NCBI RefSeq assembly: GCF_009914755.1
Contig: NC_060925.1
Source of the DNA: the human T2T-CHM13v2.0 reference genome, Homo sapiens
DNA length: 64,000 nucleotides
Direction: 5' to 3' (one strand)
The notes under the pieces were generated by a model that worked only from the letters and a program-made list of their open reading frames with translations, had not been told where the DNA came from and searched no databases. The position numbers were made by a program, and so were the translations under genes. How positions within the stretch are numbered: position 1 is the first letter of the stretch; the number at the start of each line of letters is the position of its first letter. Positions 12,872-27,960 of the stretch are shown piece after piece.

Positions 12872-13203
12872 ATTTCACAGAATGGTGTTTCATGCCACAC
12901 AACCTATTAAATAGTACACTTCTTTGTGCTATTTGAATAGCTTCTAATTGATAACTCTTAACTTGAATTTTCCCCCAAGCCGTAGCAGCCTTTCTGAGTC
13001 TGTCCCAGGCTGGGAACCTGATTTTGATGTCTTCCTTATTCTGTTCTTTCCTGTCCAATTCAGTCACTAGTTCTCATGGATTCTTCTATAAAGTTTCTTG
13101 TTTGTCCCTTTCCATTCCTACTGCTTCCAGGCTAGCTGGGGCCCTTATGACCTCTTGCCTCTACTGTCTGCGTAGTCTCTTAGATGTTCTGCCTCATACT
13201 GCT

Positions 13204-13267
13204 TTTCTATTACACACATTCTGCTTCTCTGTTACACACATTCTGTTTCTCTATTACACACATTCTG
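13204..13267 (+). repeat. Short tandem repeat, ~21-bp unit x3 (ttctctattacacacattctg)
   Basis: Three consecutive ttacacacattctg cores. Confidence 0.8.
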
Positions 13268-13589
13268 CCAGCCCGGTGTTCCTAGAACAGGACATTCATT
13301 GTAGAATCAGATTGAATCTCCTACTCATTGCAAGAATCCCTTCTCATCTCATCACCAGAGAACATCATTCAACTTCTACCTGAACACTTCCAGTAATAGG
13401 AATTTTCAAAATTTCAAGCTAATTGGTTTCCTTGTTAGACTCTAAGTGCTCTAAGTATTAGAAGAGCTCTTTGTTGTATTTAGCCAAAATTTCTGTCCTT
13501 TTAATTTCCACCCATTGGTCCTTGTTGTGTAACAGCAAACACATGCTTCTCCTACTGTTATTAATTTAATCATCAAATATTCAAATGCC

Positions 13590-13790
13590 TATTTATGTGC
13601 CAGGAGCTCAGCTAATTACACATATTTTTCATTTAATCCTCACAACAAGGTGTGAGTATTATTATCCCTGTTTTATAGATAAGGAAACTGAGTTTCAGTG
13701 AGATTAATGATTTATCCAAGGATACAGAGCTCATAAATGGTGAAACTAGGATTTTAATCTAGCTCTAATTTTAAATTCTGTGGCTTTACC
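13590..13790 (-). mobile_element. MIR
   Basis: catttaatcctcacaac...ttttatagataaggaaactgag reverse MIR core. Confidence 0.8.
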
Positions 13791-15296
13791 ATTGTATTGT
13801 CTTCCACACAGAAAATAGGCCTGTTAATAGATCTGGAGAAAATAAACATTTAAACAGGTACACAATACAGAGCTGGAATAGGGATTGTAACTTGCACAAT
13901 GGTTAGAGTAGGAAAAGTGATTAAGATACAATGACCATACTGAGGAGTTCATGCTGGAAAGAAGTGGAAACAAAATTTAAAAATACAGATTATATTCAGG
14001 ACCGTAGAAGTCAAACTGATGAGTTTGGATTTCATCTTATACGTCAACTAATGAGGAGTCATTGAAATAACTGTTGGAGATAAAGTACTATTAGAATGAA
14101 TAGTATTGCTCAAAAATGTACCTTAATAGCTATGTCAGTCAGAAAAGAGCCCTCTAGAGAGTGCCATACGATCCATCTCTTCCAGCATTCTACTTAATGG
14201 CATAAACAAAGACAAAAGAAAATTCTGTATTTAACTTTTAAAATTACAGTATATGAGATATGCATATATATATATATATAAAATACATAGCAGTTCATAT
14301 AAAAATCTATTGGATTTTATTTGATCACAGATTTAATAAATGGACTGCACTCATATATGTATAGCTTTCAGATCTTAGTAGTCATAGTCCTCATATATAC
14401 CTATTGAGCTAGAACACCTAGCTGTGGTGTAGGTTTAATACCAGGAGTTATTTTAACAAAAAATGTTGACAATTCAGACGAAGGTAACATGGATGATGAG
14501 AGTTGTAAAACAGTGATTTCAGTCCAGATTTTAGGGAACCGTAGCAGTTGACAAGCATCCATCCATCCATTAGTTCATTTTATAAATATTTATTGATAGG
14601 CTACTTTGGACCAGGCATTGTGAATAGGACATTGCGTACCAGACATACAGTGTTGAACAAAACACTAGTCTGAAATAGTGAGAGCTGTAAAAGTAAGGAC
14701 TTCAGCCCAGAAAACTAAGGAATGATATATTAAATGGAGGAATCCCCTTATATTTCATACAAATTATAAATTAGTAAAGTTTTGTTTACAGAATGGGTAA
14801 TAACCAGGAAACTTTTTTTTTGTAATTCTCAACTATCATACTGTCAACTATATCTTTCTCTTTTCATAATTTGTATCCCTAAGTACTTAGCCCATAAGAA
14901 ACTTACTGCTATTGAAACTCAGAACAGAATGACTAACTTCTTAAAGATACCATGAAAGTAATAGTACACTCTTTAGAGAATACAAAGAAGTTTTTTAATG
15001 TGGCAAGGTATGAATTATTGCTTCATAGTATTAAACTTCTGTAGATTCGCAATGTCATTTCTTAATTGATACTGGAATTACAATTATATATCTTGCTTAT
15101 ATATAGATTATTTTGAGAAGGATGTACAAATAACTATAGAGTTCTGGAGAATGATGCTGAGGGGGGCAGGGAGGGAGATTTTTATATTACATCTTCTTTA
15201 CTGTTTGAGCATTTTACCTTAAAATATACTATTTTATAATTTAAAATAAGTTTTAAAAATTCTGCCTAGTGACTCCTCTGGTTTTTCTAAACTTAG

Positions 15297-15436
15297 TCAT
15301 ATGATGAATTTATTAAGAAAACTGAAGCCGAGCTTAGCCAAGATTTGGAAACATCACCAACAGCCAAGCCTCAGATTAAAACGCTCTCCTCAGCTTCTGA
15401 AAAACCCAAGATCAAACCCCTCACACCACTACACAG
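15297..15436 (+). CDS. CEP350: CEP350 coding exon (SYDEFIKKTEAELSQ...LTPLH)
   Basis: acttag| acceptor, CAG|gtagaa donor, phase consistent. Confidence 0.93.
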
Positions 15437-16339
15437 GTAGAAATTTTTGATAACTTGTCTGTATTCTGCCTTGTTTGAAAAAGGAATAAGGGAATATTTT
15501 CAGTAGAAGTTACCCTTTAAGTAACTGAAATTACAGAAGTAAAAATATTATTTTCTATTTTTAGTGTCAGTAAATTAAAATTGTTACATATTATAATTAA
15601 AAATTATATGTATAAGGTATTGATTTTAAAATACATTTTTAATCCTGCAGTCTGATGGGTACAATGAAAATGGTAGTTTCCAACATTGCTAGTAGTAGCA
15701 TAAGTTGATGTAGACCTTTGAAAAAAACAGTTTGGCTATGTTTCAGAAGTCAAAAATAAGTCTGTAACCTTTGACCCAGTAATCCTATTTCTGGAAGTCT
15801 AAATTGAGAAAATGTGGGGTACTGAAAATCTCTATTTGCATGAATATATTTATAATAACATTCGTTATATTCTTTATATTCATAAAACATTGGAAACAAT
15901 TTTTATGGCCAAAAATGGATGAATAGCTCAGTAAATGACGGTTCTCTGCAAGCGATGTAATAGTATGCAGTCAGTAAGCAAATACAGAAGATACTAAGTT
16001 GCAACATTAGAATATATAATATTGTGTATTAGGAAGTCAGGTTATCATATTTAAATTTTGAACAAAAAGTAAAGGTTAGATCAGTTCAATTGAGAAATAG
16101 GGGTCATTTCAGAAAATGTTATTCATGAATGACTAAAAGCAAAAAAAAAAAAACATTGGCATATCATAGAAGCTGAACATAATAGGTTATTGCTGGAGTT
16201 AGCAGAAGGAAAAATAAACAAAAGCCAAATAGTGAAAACCTTGTACTCATTTATTCTTAGCAGTTTGTGTTTTACCTTTTAGAAAATGTGGAGCCTTTGA
16301 AGGTTTCTTTAAAAAGTATTTTGGGACATTTTTGTTAGA

Positions 16340-16585
16340 GAGGTATGGCAGGCTCATTACAATTAATTTAGCATTACCTAAATTTGAATCCTGGCTCCAG
16401 TTCTAGCTGGTTCTGTAACTGTGGGCAAGTTATTTAACCGCTCTGTGCTTCAGTTTTTTAATAGGGATTTATAAAGGTAAGAATAATACCTGGTTAATAC
16501 ACATGTTATGAGGGTTAAAAGACTTAACAGGGCTTAGGACACAGTAAGCATTGTGTATTAGCTGCTGCTATTATTATTATTATTG
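16340..16585 (+). mobile_element. MIR
   Basis: ttgaatcctggctcc...gggcaagttatttaaccgctctgtgcttcagttt MIR core. Confidence 0.75.
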
Positions 16586-17020
16586 TTACTATTTCTAGGG
16601 AAGCAGTAAAAAGAAAAAAGTTTAAATCATATCATACCCAACTATCCCACAATAGCAAATGTCAACAATTAGATATGTTTCCTTCCAGGATTTTTTATGC
16701 TCAGATTTTGTGTGTGTGTTTTTGTTACATATGTATTTTTCCATTATATTATGAAGTGTACATTTTAATTTCTACATGATATGCTATTGAATGGGTTTGT
16801 AATTTTCTTAAGCTACTGAAGGATTTTAACCAGAGAGTGACACAGTCATGTTTGTGTTTACAGAGATCTTTCTGACCACAATACAGAGGAAAGATAGAAA
16901 AGAGTAAGCTTAGAAGCAGGAAGAAAAATAGTCTAAGCCAGACCTCAAGTAAGCAGTAGTAAGAAGAATAGAAAACAGGAGACATATTTTAGGATAGTGA
17001 AGGATTAAAAAGTAGACTTG

Positions 17021-17379
<359 letters not shown>

Positions 17380-17981
17380 TTAGGTAGTTGATTGGGTCAA
17401 GGTTTCATTAATTTAAATGGAAAAGGTGGTTTTCTGTGGGAGGCTTATGATTTTGGTTTTAAGTGTTAATTTTAAGTGCCTGTTGTTTAAGTGAAACCGT
17501 GAGGAAAGTTATCAGGGTTAGAAATATGAGAAGGATAAGCACATATATAGTGGTTGAAGCCATAAATCACCCAGAGGAGATAGCATTCAGAGAGAATAAA
17601 TGGGAGCCAGGTACTCAAGATGATAAAATAGCAACATTTTAGGGCATTGTAAAAAGGTAGGACGTGAAAGCCAAGTATTACAGTTTAGCAAATGAAGTCA
17701 AGAAAATAGAGTGAATGTAGCCTCTTCTGTTATCTATAAAGAATAAGAGAGGACAGTAATATGGGGTGGTTTGAGCAAATAGCTTTGAACAAATAAGAGA
17801 GAGACAAATTTTCTTCCTGCAGACAGGAGGAAAGGCGGTTAGGATGGCTGTGAATATGGATGAACTTGCAGGTAAAAGTTTGAAGGTAAAGTTCATGCCT
17901 GTTGGCCTCTGTTTTTGTCATCTAGTGACAAAGGCAAGGTCATCTAGTGAGAGTGATGAGAGTTAGAAATAGGCTTGATGA

Positions 17982-18423
<442 letters not shown>

Positions 18424-18434
18424 TTACACGTCAG

Positions 18435-18517
18435 ATCTGAAACGGCAAAGAATTGGAAATCACTAACAGAGTCAGAACGTTCCAGAGGATCCCTGGAGTC
18501 TATTGCTGAACATGTTG
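18435..18517 (+). CDS. CEP350: CEP350 coding exon (SETAKNWKSLTESERSRGSLESIAEHV)
   Basis: gtcag| acceptor, TTG|gtatgt donor, phase consistent with both neighbours. Confidence 0.93.
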
Positions 18518-18719
18518 GTATGTAACTAGAAAAAATAATTAACTTGTAGCTACATAGTCTAAGGATTTATGCAAAGGCCTACAAAATTCTACCTCTATAG
18601 CTTTTTTATTAAAAAGTGAATTTCTTAAGTAGATTATTTAACATTTTAAAGTTACTTTTATATTTTAAAGTGATTTATTGGCTATGTGTAAATTATATGA
18701 ATCCTTTTTGTTTGTTTTA

Positions 18720-19062
18720 GTTTTTTGGGTTTTTTTTTTGTTCGAGACAGGGTCTCACTCTGTCACCCAAGCTGGAGTGCAGTGGCATGATCATAGCTTA
18801 CTACTGCAGCCTTGAGCCCCTGGGCTCAAGCAATCCTCCCATCCTAGCCTCCCAAGTAGCCGGGACCAGGATCACAGGCACATGCCACCATGCCCAGCTC
18901 ATCTTTTTTTTTTTTTTAAGAGATGGGGGGGTCTCACCGTTGTTGCCCAGGCTGGTCTCGAACTCTTGGACTCACGCAGTCCTCCCACCTCAGCCTGGTT
19001 GAACATTACCAGCACTTCAGCCAAAGTGGTGAGATTATGGGCATGAGCCACCACACTCAGCT
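18720..19062 (-). mobile_element. Alu (AluJ-like), antisense
   Basis: Reverse Alu with a small internal insertion. Confidence 0.88.
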
Positions 19063-19269
19063 GAATCAGTCTTTATTGTCCAAAATTTATGAGAAAAACC
19101 AAAGTATAAAGATTAAATAGCTGAGTATATCATCTGCATCTCTGAATTTCCCCTAACCAGATTTTTAATCTGGTTATATATATTTTCAGCCTAACTATTT
19201 CTTAGCTAAATAGCTGTATACATTTTTCAGTTTAACCAAAAGAAAGTTAATTATTAAAAATAAAATGTA

Positions 19270-19564
19270 GGCTAGGCGCAGCAGCTCACGCCTATAATCC
19301 CCACACTTTGAAAGGCTGAAGTAGGCAGGTCACTTGAGCTCAGGAGTTTGAGACCAGCCTGGGCAATATGGTGAAACTCCATCTCTACAAAACATACAAA
19401 GTTAGCTGGGCATGGTGGTGCACACCTATAGTCCCAGCTATTTGCAGGGCTGAGGCAGGAAGATCGCTTACACCCAAGCAGTTGAGTCTACAGCGAGTTG
19501 TGATCAGCCACTGCACTCCAGCTTGGGTGACAAATTGAGACACTATCTCAAAAAAAAAAAAAAA
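19270..19564 (+). mobile_element. Alu (AluJ-like)
   Basis: Alu consensus similarity, poly-A. Confidence 0.9.
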
Positions 19565-19625
19565 TGTAATTCAGTGAGAAAATAAAACTGAGGTGCAAAG
19601 AAACATCAGTGACAAATAGAGATTT

Positions 19626-19778
19626 GGCCAGGCACAGTGGCTCGTGCCTATAATCCCAGGTACTTAGGAGGCTGAGGCTAAGGATCGCTTGAGCCCAGGT
19701 TCAAGGCAACAGGGAGCTGTGACCACTGCACTCCAGCTTAGGTGACAGAGCAGATTCTTGCTCTTACAAAAAAAAAAA
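19626..19778 (+). mobile_element. Alu monomer or internally deleted Alu
   Basis: ggccaggcacagtggctc start, Alu 3' end and poly-A. Confidence 0.8.
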
Positions 19779-20335
19779 CGATTTGAATTTAAAACTTTTA
19801 ACTCTTGGTTTGTTAGCTCACTATATTGTACTTTGATCATATTTTGCACGTTTAGCTCTTAAAGTACTATATTTGCAGAAATAGTTGATCTATTTTCTTT
19901 TTAATTCAAGAGCTTAGTTGAAGCTCCTAGGAAAATGTATTCTTTTAGAAGTATATATGGAAGTCTGTTTCTCCTTCACTAGTTTCCTGTTTGAAAAATG
20001 TTTGTAATAACCATCATACAATTCTATTTTTGCATGATTTGAGGATGAATGTGCAAAGCAATGGTTCCATCAACTTAGATACATTTTTCTTCACTTTATA
20101 AGTTAAGACAGTGCTTAAGAAATTATTCCAAACTTTAGAATTTTCAGTAATTTTAAATGTTGATACAGATGATATTCTCTTAAAAGAAAAACTTATAAAG
20201 TAGCCAAAACAGGTCATATTTATTGACTAGAGGGGTTTTTTTCACTAAAATTTGGCTTTTCTCTAAACTTTGGTTCACAAAATTGAAAGATAGTGATTAA
20301 ATAATTTTGATGTGGTGATTTGTTTTTTCTTTAAG

Positions 20336-22338
20336 ATGCTTCACTGTCTGGTTCTGAGAGATCAGTATCAGAAAGGTCTTTATCTGCATATGCAAAGAGA
20401 GTAAATGAATGGGACAGTCGAACAGAAGATTTTCAGACCCCATCTCCAGTTCTCAGATCATCAAGGAAAATCAGAGAAGAATCTGGAGATTCTCTAGAAA
20501 ATGTACCTGCATTACATCTTCTCAAAGAATTAAATGCCACTAGTAGAATTCTTGATATGTCAGATGGCAAGGTTGGAGAATCTAGTAAAAAATCAGAAAT
20601 AAAAGAAATAGAGTATACAAAATTGAAGAAGAGTAAGATTGAAGATGCCTTTTCTAAAGAAGGTAAATCTGATGTCTTACTGAAATTAGTCCTAGAACAG
20701 GGAGATTCATCTGAAATTCTTTCAAAGAAAGATCTTCCTTTAGATTCTGAAAATGTTCAGAAAGACCTAGTTGGATTAGCTATTGAAAATCTCCATAAAA
20801 GTGAGGAAATGTTGAAAGAGAGACAGTCAGATCAAGATATGAATCATAGTCCAAACATCCAATCAGGAAAAGACATTCACGAACAAAAGAACACAAAGGA
20901 AAAAGATTTGTCTTGGTCAGAACATCTTTTTGCTCCTAAAGAGATACCATACTCTGAAGATTTTGAAGTGTCTTCTTTCAAGAAAGAAATTTCAGCTGAA
21001 TTGTACAAAGATGATTTTGAGGTGTCATCTTTGCTGTCACTCAGGAAAGACTCTCAGTCTTGCAGAGATAAGCCACAGCCAATGAGGAGCTCTACAAGTG
21101 GAGCCACTAGCTTTGGTAGTAATGAGGAAATCAGTGAGTGCCTAAGTGAGAAAAGCCTTTCTATCCATAGCAATGTTCATTCTGACAGGCTGTTGGAACT
21201 CAAGTCCCCTACTGAGCTGATGAAAAGTAAGGAGCGCAGTGATGTGGAGCATGAACAGCAAGTTACTGAATCCCCTTCCTTGGCTTCAGTTCCTACTGCA
21301 GACGAGTTATTTGATTTCCACATTGGTGATAGGGTGTTGATTGGAAATGTTCAGCCAGGAATTCTTCGATTCAAAGGTGAGACTAGTTTTGCTAAAGGAT
21401 TTTGGGCCGGAGTGGAGTTAGATAAACCTGAAGGAAATAACAATGGAACATATGATGGTATTGCATATTTTGAGTGCAAAGAAAAGCATGGTATTTTTGC
21501 TCCTCCTCAAAAAATATCTCACATTCCAGAAAACTTTGATGACTATGTAGACATTAATGAAGATGAAGACTGTTACTCAGATGAACGATATCAGTGCTAT
21601 AATCAAGAGCAAAATGATACAGAGGGTCCAAAAGACAGAGAAAAGGATGTCAGTGAATATTTTTATGAGAAATCCCTACCTAGTGTGAATGATATAGAAG
21701 CCTCAGTTAATAGAAGTAGAAGCCTTAAAATAGAAACAGACAATGTACAGGACATTTCTGGGGTACTTGAAGCCCATGTTCACCAGCAGTCTTCAGTGGA
21801 TTCACAGATTTCTTCAAAGGAAAACAAAGACCTCATTTCTGATGCCACAGAAAAGGTTTCCATCGCTGCAGAAGATGACACTTTAGACAATACCTTTTCC
21901 GAAGAATTGGAGAAGCAACAGCAGTTTACAGAAGAGGAAGACAACCTATATGCTGAAGCTTCAGAAAAGCTTTGTACACCACTTCTGGATCTTTTAACAA
22001 GAGAAAAAAACCAACTGGAAGCCCAGCTGAAGTCATCACTAAATGAGGAAAAAAAGTCAAAACAACAACTGGAAAAAATCAGCTTACTGACAGACAGTTT
22101 ACTAAAAGTCTTTGTAAAGGACACAGTCAATCAACTACAACAAATCAAAAAAACCAGGGATGAGAAAATCCAGCTTAGCAATCAGGAGCTTCTTGGTGAT
22201 GACCAAAAGAAAGTAACACCCCAAGACCTATCCCAAAATGTTGAGGAACAGTCGCCAAGTATTTCAGGTTGCTTCTTAAGTTCTGAATTGGAAGATGAAA
22301 AAGAAGAGATTTCCTCTCCAGATATGTGTCCCAGACCG
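20336..22338 (+). CDS. CEP350: CEP350 large coding exon (2003 nt) containing the CAP-Gly domain (~21316-21517) and coiled coils
   Basis: ttaag| acceptor, CCG|gtgagt donor; overlaps the 633-aa ORF; CAP-Gly signature IGDRVLIG...GILRFKGETSFAKGFWAGVELDKPEGNNNGTYDGIAYFEC..HGIFAP. Confidence 0.97.
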
Positions 22339-23248
22339 GTGAGTATTTCGTCTAGAAAAAGTATCAGTATACCTTTTGACACTTTTAACAAGGCAACTTA
22401 CCTTGCCTATATAGTACATTTTAATTCTGTGACTCCTGATAGGTTTTTTTTCCCTTGACGTGTTGTTTATTAGAGAAGGATCACTGTACTGGTTTTTAAA
22501 GGCCTTGTAGCTGTTTTTCCTGGCTGAAGTGTAATTGTCCTCTATTATGTCATGAGTAGTCAATATAGGGTTGTCACAAGCACTGGCAGGTTTTGGGGAA
22601 CTAAAACATCCATTTAAACTGCTGAGTTGACAACCCCTGTACTGTCCATAGATTACATCTCCTTCCAGATTCACTGAACAAATTCGTTCCATGGAGCTTT
22701 CCAGTGGCTCACCACCCAATTCTTTTTTGCCTGTGAAATTGTTTACATATCTACTCAGTCATGGTTGGCCTGCAGAGGTTAGCAGTTGTGATGTTGATTC
22801 TGGTAAAATGAAATAGATCCACTATGACATGCACTCAGACCATCAGCTTGTTTATGTTGCCCATGGACAGTTGAGCAAAAGTAATGACTTTGAGTAACTT
22901 GAGCCAGATGGTCACCAGAGGTGAGAAATTTTATATCCCATTTCCATATCCCATAGACAGACAGTTCTTTAGAAACAGAATAATGATAATACAAAAAGCG
23001 GGGAGAGCCCTAATCAATAAACATTTTATAAAAATTCAGTTATATGCAAGGTTTATATAAGTAGAATTGAGGGAACAGGATAACTTTTTCTTAGATTGTT
23101 TATTAGTAGCCACCATATTGTTTTTTATTCTGCTTACTTATAGAGAAATATTAGATATATAAATAATGCATTTACTCTGTCTTTTTTTAAAAAAAAATGA
23201 TATGAGGTCCCTAAATGGTGCTCTGTTTGAATGGTTCCATTTCTATAG

Positions 23249-23656
23249 GAGAGCCCAGTATTTGGTGCCAGTGGGCAGGAAGAACTTGCTAAGAGACTTG
23301 CTGAACTTGAACTCAGCCGGGAGTTCCTGAGCGCGTTAGGAGATGATCAAGACTGGTTTGATGAAGACTTTGGTTTGAGCTCTTCTCACAAGATCCAAAA
23401 AAATAAGGCAGAAGAAACCATTGTACCTCTAATGGCAGAACCTAAAAGAGTAACCCAACAACCATGTGAAACATTATTGGCAGTCCCCCATACTGCAGAA
23501 GAAGTAGAGATTCTTGTACATAATGCAGCAGAAGAACTTTGGAAATGGAAAGAATTAGGCCACGATCTTCATAGCATCAGTATTCCTACAAAACTGCTTG
23601 GCTGTGCCAGTAAAGGTCTAGATATAGAAAGCACTAGTAAAAGGGTCTACAAACAG
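23249..23656 (+). CDS. CEP350: CEP350 coding exon (ESPVFGASGQEELAKRL...SKRVYKQ)
   Basis: ctatag| acceptor, CAG|gtaggt donor, 408 nt, phase 0-0. Confidence 0.95.
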
Positions 23657-23763
23657 GTAGGTGAAATAAAAGGATAATTTTAGTTTTTAAACTTTTCTCC
23701 CATTGTCTGAAATTTGGATTCTTAGCCATTTTGTTTTGTTTTGTTTTGTTTTTCTCTATCAAG

Positions 23764-23910
23764 GCGGTTTTTGATTTAACAAAAGAGATTTTTGAGGAAA
23801 TATTTGCTGAGGATCCCAACTTAAATCAACCTGTCTGGATGAAGCCATGTAGAATCAACTCTAGTTATTTCCGACGAGTGAAAAATCCAAATAACCTTGA
23901 TGAAATCAAG
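23764..23910 (+). CDS. CEP350: CEP350 coding exon (AVFDLTKEIFEEIF...NLDEIK)
   Basis: atcaag| acceptor after a (TTTTG)n tract, AAG|gtaaac donor, 147 nt. Confidence 0.95.
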
Positions 23911-24569
23911 GTAAACTGCAAACTATAAAGTGTCTTCTTTTTTGACTTGCTGTTCATTTACACATATCTGTAAATGTTGTAAAAGCAGGTGCTCTTCTGT
24001 ATGATTAACCTTTGTGTCTTCAGGACCTGTTCCATAGTGGGTATTCAATAAAGATTTGTTGACTTACTGAATCCATGAACAGTGGAGGGATTGGAATGAG
24101 TGAAAGGGCTGAATCCTCAAGTTTGTGCAAAAAAAAAAAAAAAATTCTTTTACCAGTCATTTTCTCTATATACATAATTATAATATTTAAGAAAAATTAG
24201 GAAATACCTAGGGAGATAAATTATTGCAACTAATAGGAGTTTTAGGTAAGTTTTGGGGGCTTTAGAGATAGGTATAATGTTCTAAAAGTACATATGAATA
24301 CGTGTCATATATATGTCTTTTCAATATGCCAGCCCTGGACACATAGGTGTTAACTTCTTTATCTTTGACTTTGGAGGTTTCAAATTGGTAATGTGGTTTT
24401 GAACTATGTAGGATAGTAATGTGATACGTAAAAATATTTATTTTGTTATCTAAGAAACCTTTGTAAACCTTTGTCCAGAAGCTACAAGGACTATGAACTT
24501 TAAAGTCACATTGCTGGCAATCTGCTCTGCCTAGTCACATGTTTCTTTACGGCAAAGGTTATATTTCCA

Positions 24570-24752
24570 GAGCAGTGATTCTCAACTTTTAATGTGCATG
24601 TGAATGATCTGAGGATCTTGTTGAAATGGAGATTCTGATTTAGTAGGTCTGGAGTAGGACCTGAAATTCTGCATTTCCAACAAGCTCTCAAGTCATGCTG
24701 GTCCTGCTGGTCCTGCTGGTCCTGCTGGTCCCAGGACCACGCTGAGTAGCAA
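24570..24752. mobile_element. MER5A-like hAT DNA transposon with internal (TGCTGGTCC)4
   Basis: cagtgattctcaac...gattctgatttagtaggtctgg...tctgcatttccaacaagctc. Confidence 0.75.
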
Positions 24753-24862
24753 AGCTTTAAACTTGTATTTCCCAAACTTATTTGATCACAGAAAGCCTTT
24801 AAAAATATTTTATACTTATAGAACACCAACAGATATTTATGAGATGGGATGTATGCTTACCT

Positions 24863-25081
24863 CAGGGGTTGGCAAACTATGGCCCATAAGCCAAATCCAG
24901 GCCCCTGTATGTTTTTATAAATAAAGTTTTGTTGGACCACAGCCATACCTAGTTGTTTACATGTTACAACTACATGTAACTACAACAGTGGAATTGAATA
25001 GTTGTGACAAAGACCACATGGCCCGCAAAGCCTAAAATATTTACAGTCTGATTTTTTACAGAAAAAATTGGCCATCCCCTG
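24863..25081 (+). mobile_element. MER58A-like hAT DNA transposon
   Basis: caggggttggcaaactatggccc...ggcccgcaaagcctaaaatatttac...ggccatcccctg terminal inverted repeats. Confidence 0.85.
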
Positions 25082-25696
25082 GCTTAAAGTAACTAGCTTT
25101 TTAAAAACACATTGTATACTCCATTCCTTCTACCCTTTCACAATTGAAAATGCTTGAATGCTATGTGTGTCTGTGAACAGGTAGGGAGTGATGGAATTTC
25201 CGGGCACGTTGGTACTTTGAGAATCTTTCCAGGTGATTCTGATTCATAAATGTGTCCCTTCCCCTGTTAAGAACATTGTTTTTTTAACAGAACAACCATA
25301 AAAGTAACAAAATAAATTATTAATAACATTAAGTTGAGGTAAGACAAGATATATAATATATACCAACAATCAAACTACATGCATCAATATAGCATACAAT
25401 AAATGCCCACTAATTTTAATATTGACATAACATTTTGTAAAGTTTTTAAGGGTGATAGTTCAAATATTGTTAGTAGTAAAATTATTATGCTTCTCATACT
25501 GAAGTGTTGATATTTTTTAATTTAACATATTTGAGTTTTGGTGCTTCAAAATAAACTATCCCAAAGTCTTTTGCTTTTCTCACATTACATTGTCCCCAAA
25601 AATTTCTTTGAGATTTTTCCAATTCAGAGATTTATTTTATGCTTTCTTTAGTAGTTTTGCCAGCTTGAAGTTAGCTAATGGTAGTTTTGTTGTTGT

Positions 25697-25993
<297 letters not shown>

Positions 25994-26077
25994 CATGGTA
26001 GTTCTTAAGTAAACTCTAAAGTGATTTTTCTTTGCAGATTAATCAGTGGGTTTTACTTTGTTGTTGTTGTTGTTGTT

Positions 26078-26367
26078 ATTTTTAGATAAGATCTCGCTTT
26101 GTCACCTAGGCTGGAGTGCAGTGGTGCAATCTCAGCTCACTGCAGTCTGGACCTCCTGGGCTCAATCAGTTCTCCCACCTCACCCTCCTGAGTAGCCAGA
26201 ACTACAGTCATGTACCACCATGCCCAGCTAATTTTATATATTTTTTGTAGAGATGAGGTCTCTCACTATGTTGCTCAGGCTGGTCTCAAACTCCTGGGCT
26301 CAAGTGATTCTCCTGCCTTGGCTTCAGAGAGTGCTGGGATTACAGACGTGAGTCACCGTGCCCAGCT
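26078..26367 (-). mobile_element. Alu (AluJ-like), antisense, with (TTG)n tail
   Basis: Reverse Alu. Confidence 0.9.
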
Positions 26368-26586
26368 AGGTTTTACTTTTATATGTTGCGTAAGTGAATA
26401 AAGTCTCAGCATTTGGAATGCTTTTCCCTTCAAATTGCTATGTGGAACTGTAAGTGGAAGAAATTTGTATGATAATTTTATTGTAAATATTATATTCTTA
26501 TCGTGAATCTGTTTACTGCATTGTAAACACATGAAACTCAGGAATTTCTGTTGTTTGTGTTTCGTGTATTTGTCTTGTTTCCACAG

Positions 26587-26709
26587 AGCTTCATAGCAAG
26601 TGAAGTACTCAAGTTGTTCAGTCTTAAAAAGGAGCCAAACCACAAAACAGATTGGCAGAAAATGATGAAATTTGGAAGAAAGAAAAGAGACCGAGTGGAT
26701 CATATCCTG
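26587..26709 (+). CDS. CEP350: CEP350 coding exon (SFIASEVLKLF...RDRVDHIL)
   Basis: ccacag| acceptor, CTG|gtcagt donor, 123 nt. Confidence 0.95.
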
Positions 26710-26959
26710 GTCAGTGTATACAACCAAACTGTTTTTATTTTGACCATATCTTTTAAACTCAGAATGCAGTTAGATTCTAAAAGGAAAAGGGATAGACTTA
26801 TTCTTAAATCTATGGTATTAAAATCTTAAAGCCTTTACTTGCTGCATTTCTACCCCTCAGTTTTGTTAACTATTTTCTTTTGTACTCAGTAGATGAACAT
26901 TTAACTTGATCAATAGTATTTTATGTAGAACTTGAGAAATTTACTCAAATGGAAGCAAA

Positions 26960-27190
26960 GTTTAAGGTAGTGAATTGAAAAGAGACCAGTGTGGACTCTG
27001 GAGCCTGACTGCCCATGTTTAAATCTCTTGATGTGTAATCTTGGACAAATTTGTCTAACATTTTTGTGCAAAGTGAAGGTAACAATAATAGTACTTACCT
27101 GATAAAATTATTAAGAAAATTAAATAAGTATATGTGTAAAGCACTTAGAATAGTTCCTCATATACAACTCAGTAAATAATAGCTGTTACC
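26960..27190 (+). mobile_element. MIR
   Basis: ggactctggagcctgactgcc...tagtacttacct...gtaaagcacttagaatag. Confidence 0.75.
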
Positions 27191-27479
27191 TCATCATCAT
27201 CACTATTATCATTATCCAGAACATTCCCTGGATAGGATTTATTTGGTTTTGCAATATATTTCTGTAACATTAGGAAAGTGTTTATCAAAAAAGAAAAAAA
27301 GAAAAATTCAGGTTTCACTCTAAACATTTTAATTCTGGACCTTTTATCTATATTGACATTTATATAATGAAAAAAAGTGTAATACTTAAATTTATCACCG
27401 TTCTCATGTATGTACCTCTCTAGTGTTTCATTTACTCAGTAATAACTGTACTAGATAACATTTGCTTAGTATTTTATAG

Positions 27480-27960
<481 letters not shown>

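Noticed and set aside
12706-12936. PF-repeat and GK-repeat ORFs
   Set aside because: They are translations of a simple CT repeat.
22339-22458. Extension of the 633-aa ORF past the large exon
   Set aside because: A consensus donor CCG|gtgagt at 22338 joins in frame to exon 23249, so the tail is intron read-through.
21780-22719. Antisense ORFs over the large exon
   Set aside because: They are shadows of the coding strand with no independent signals.
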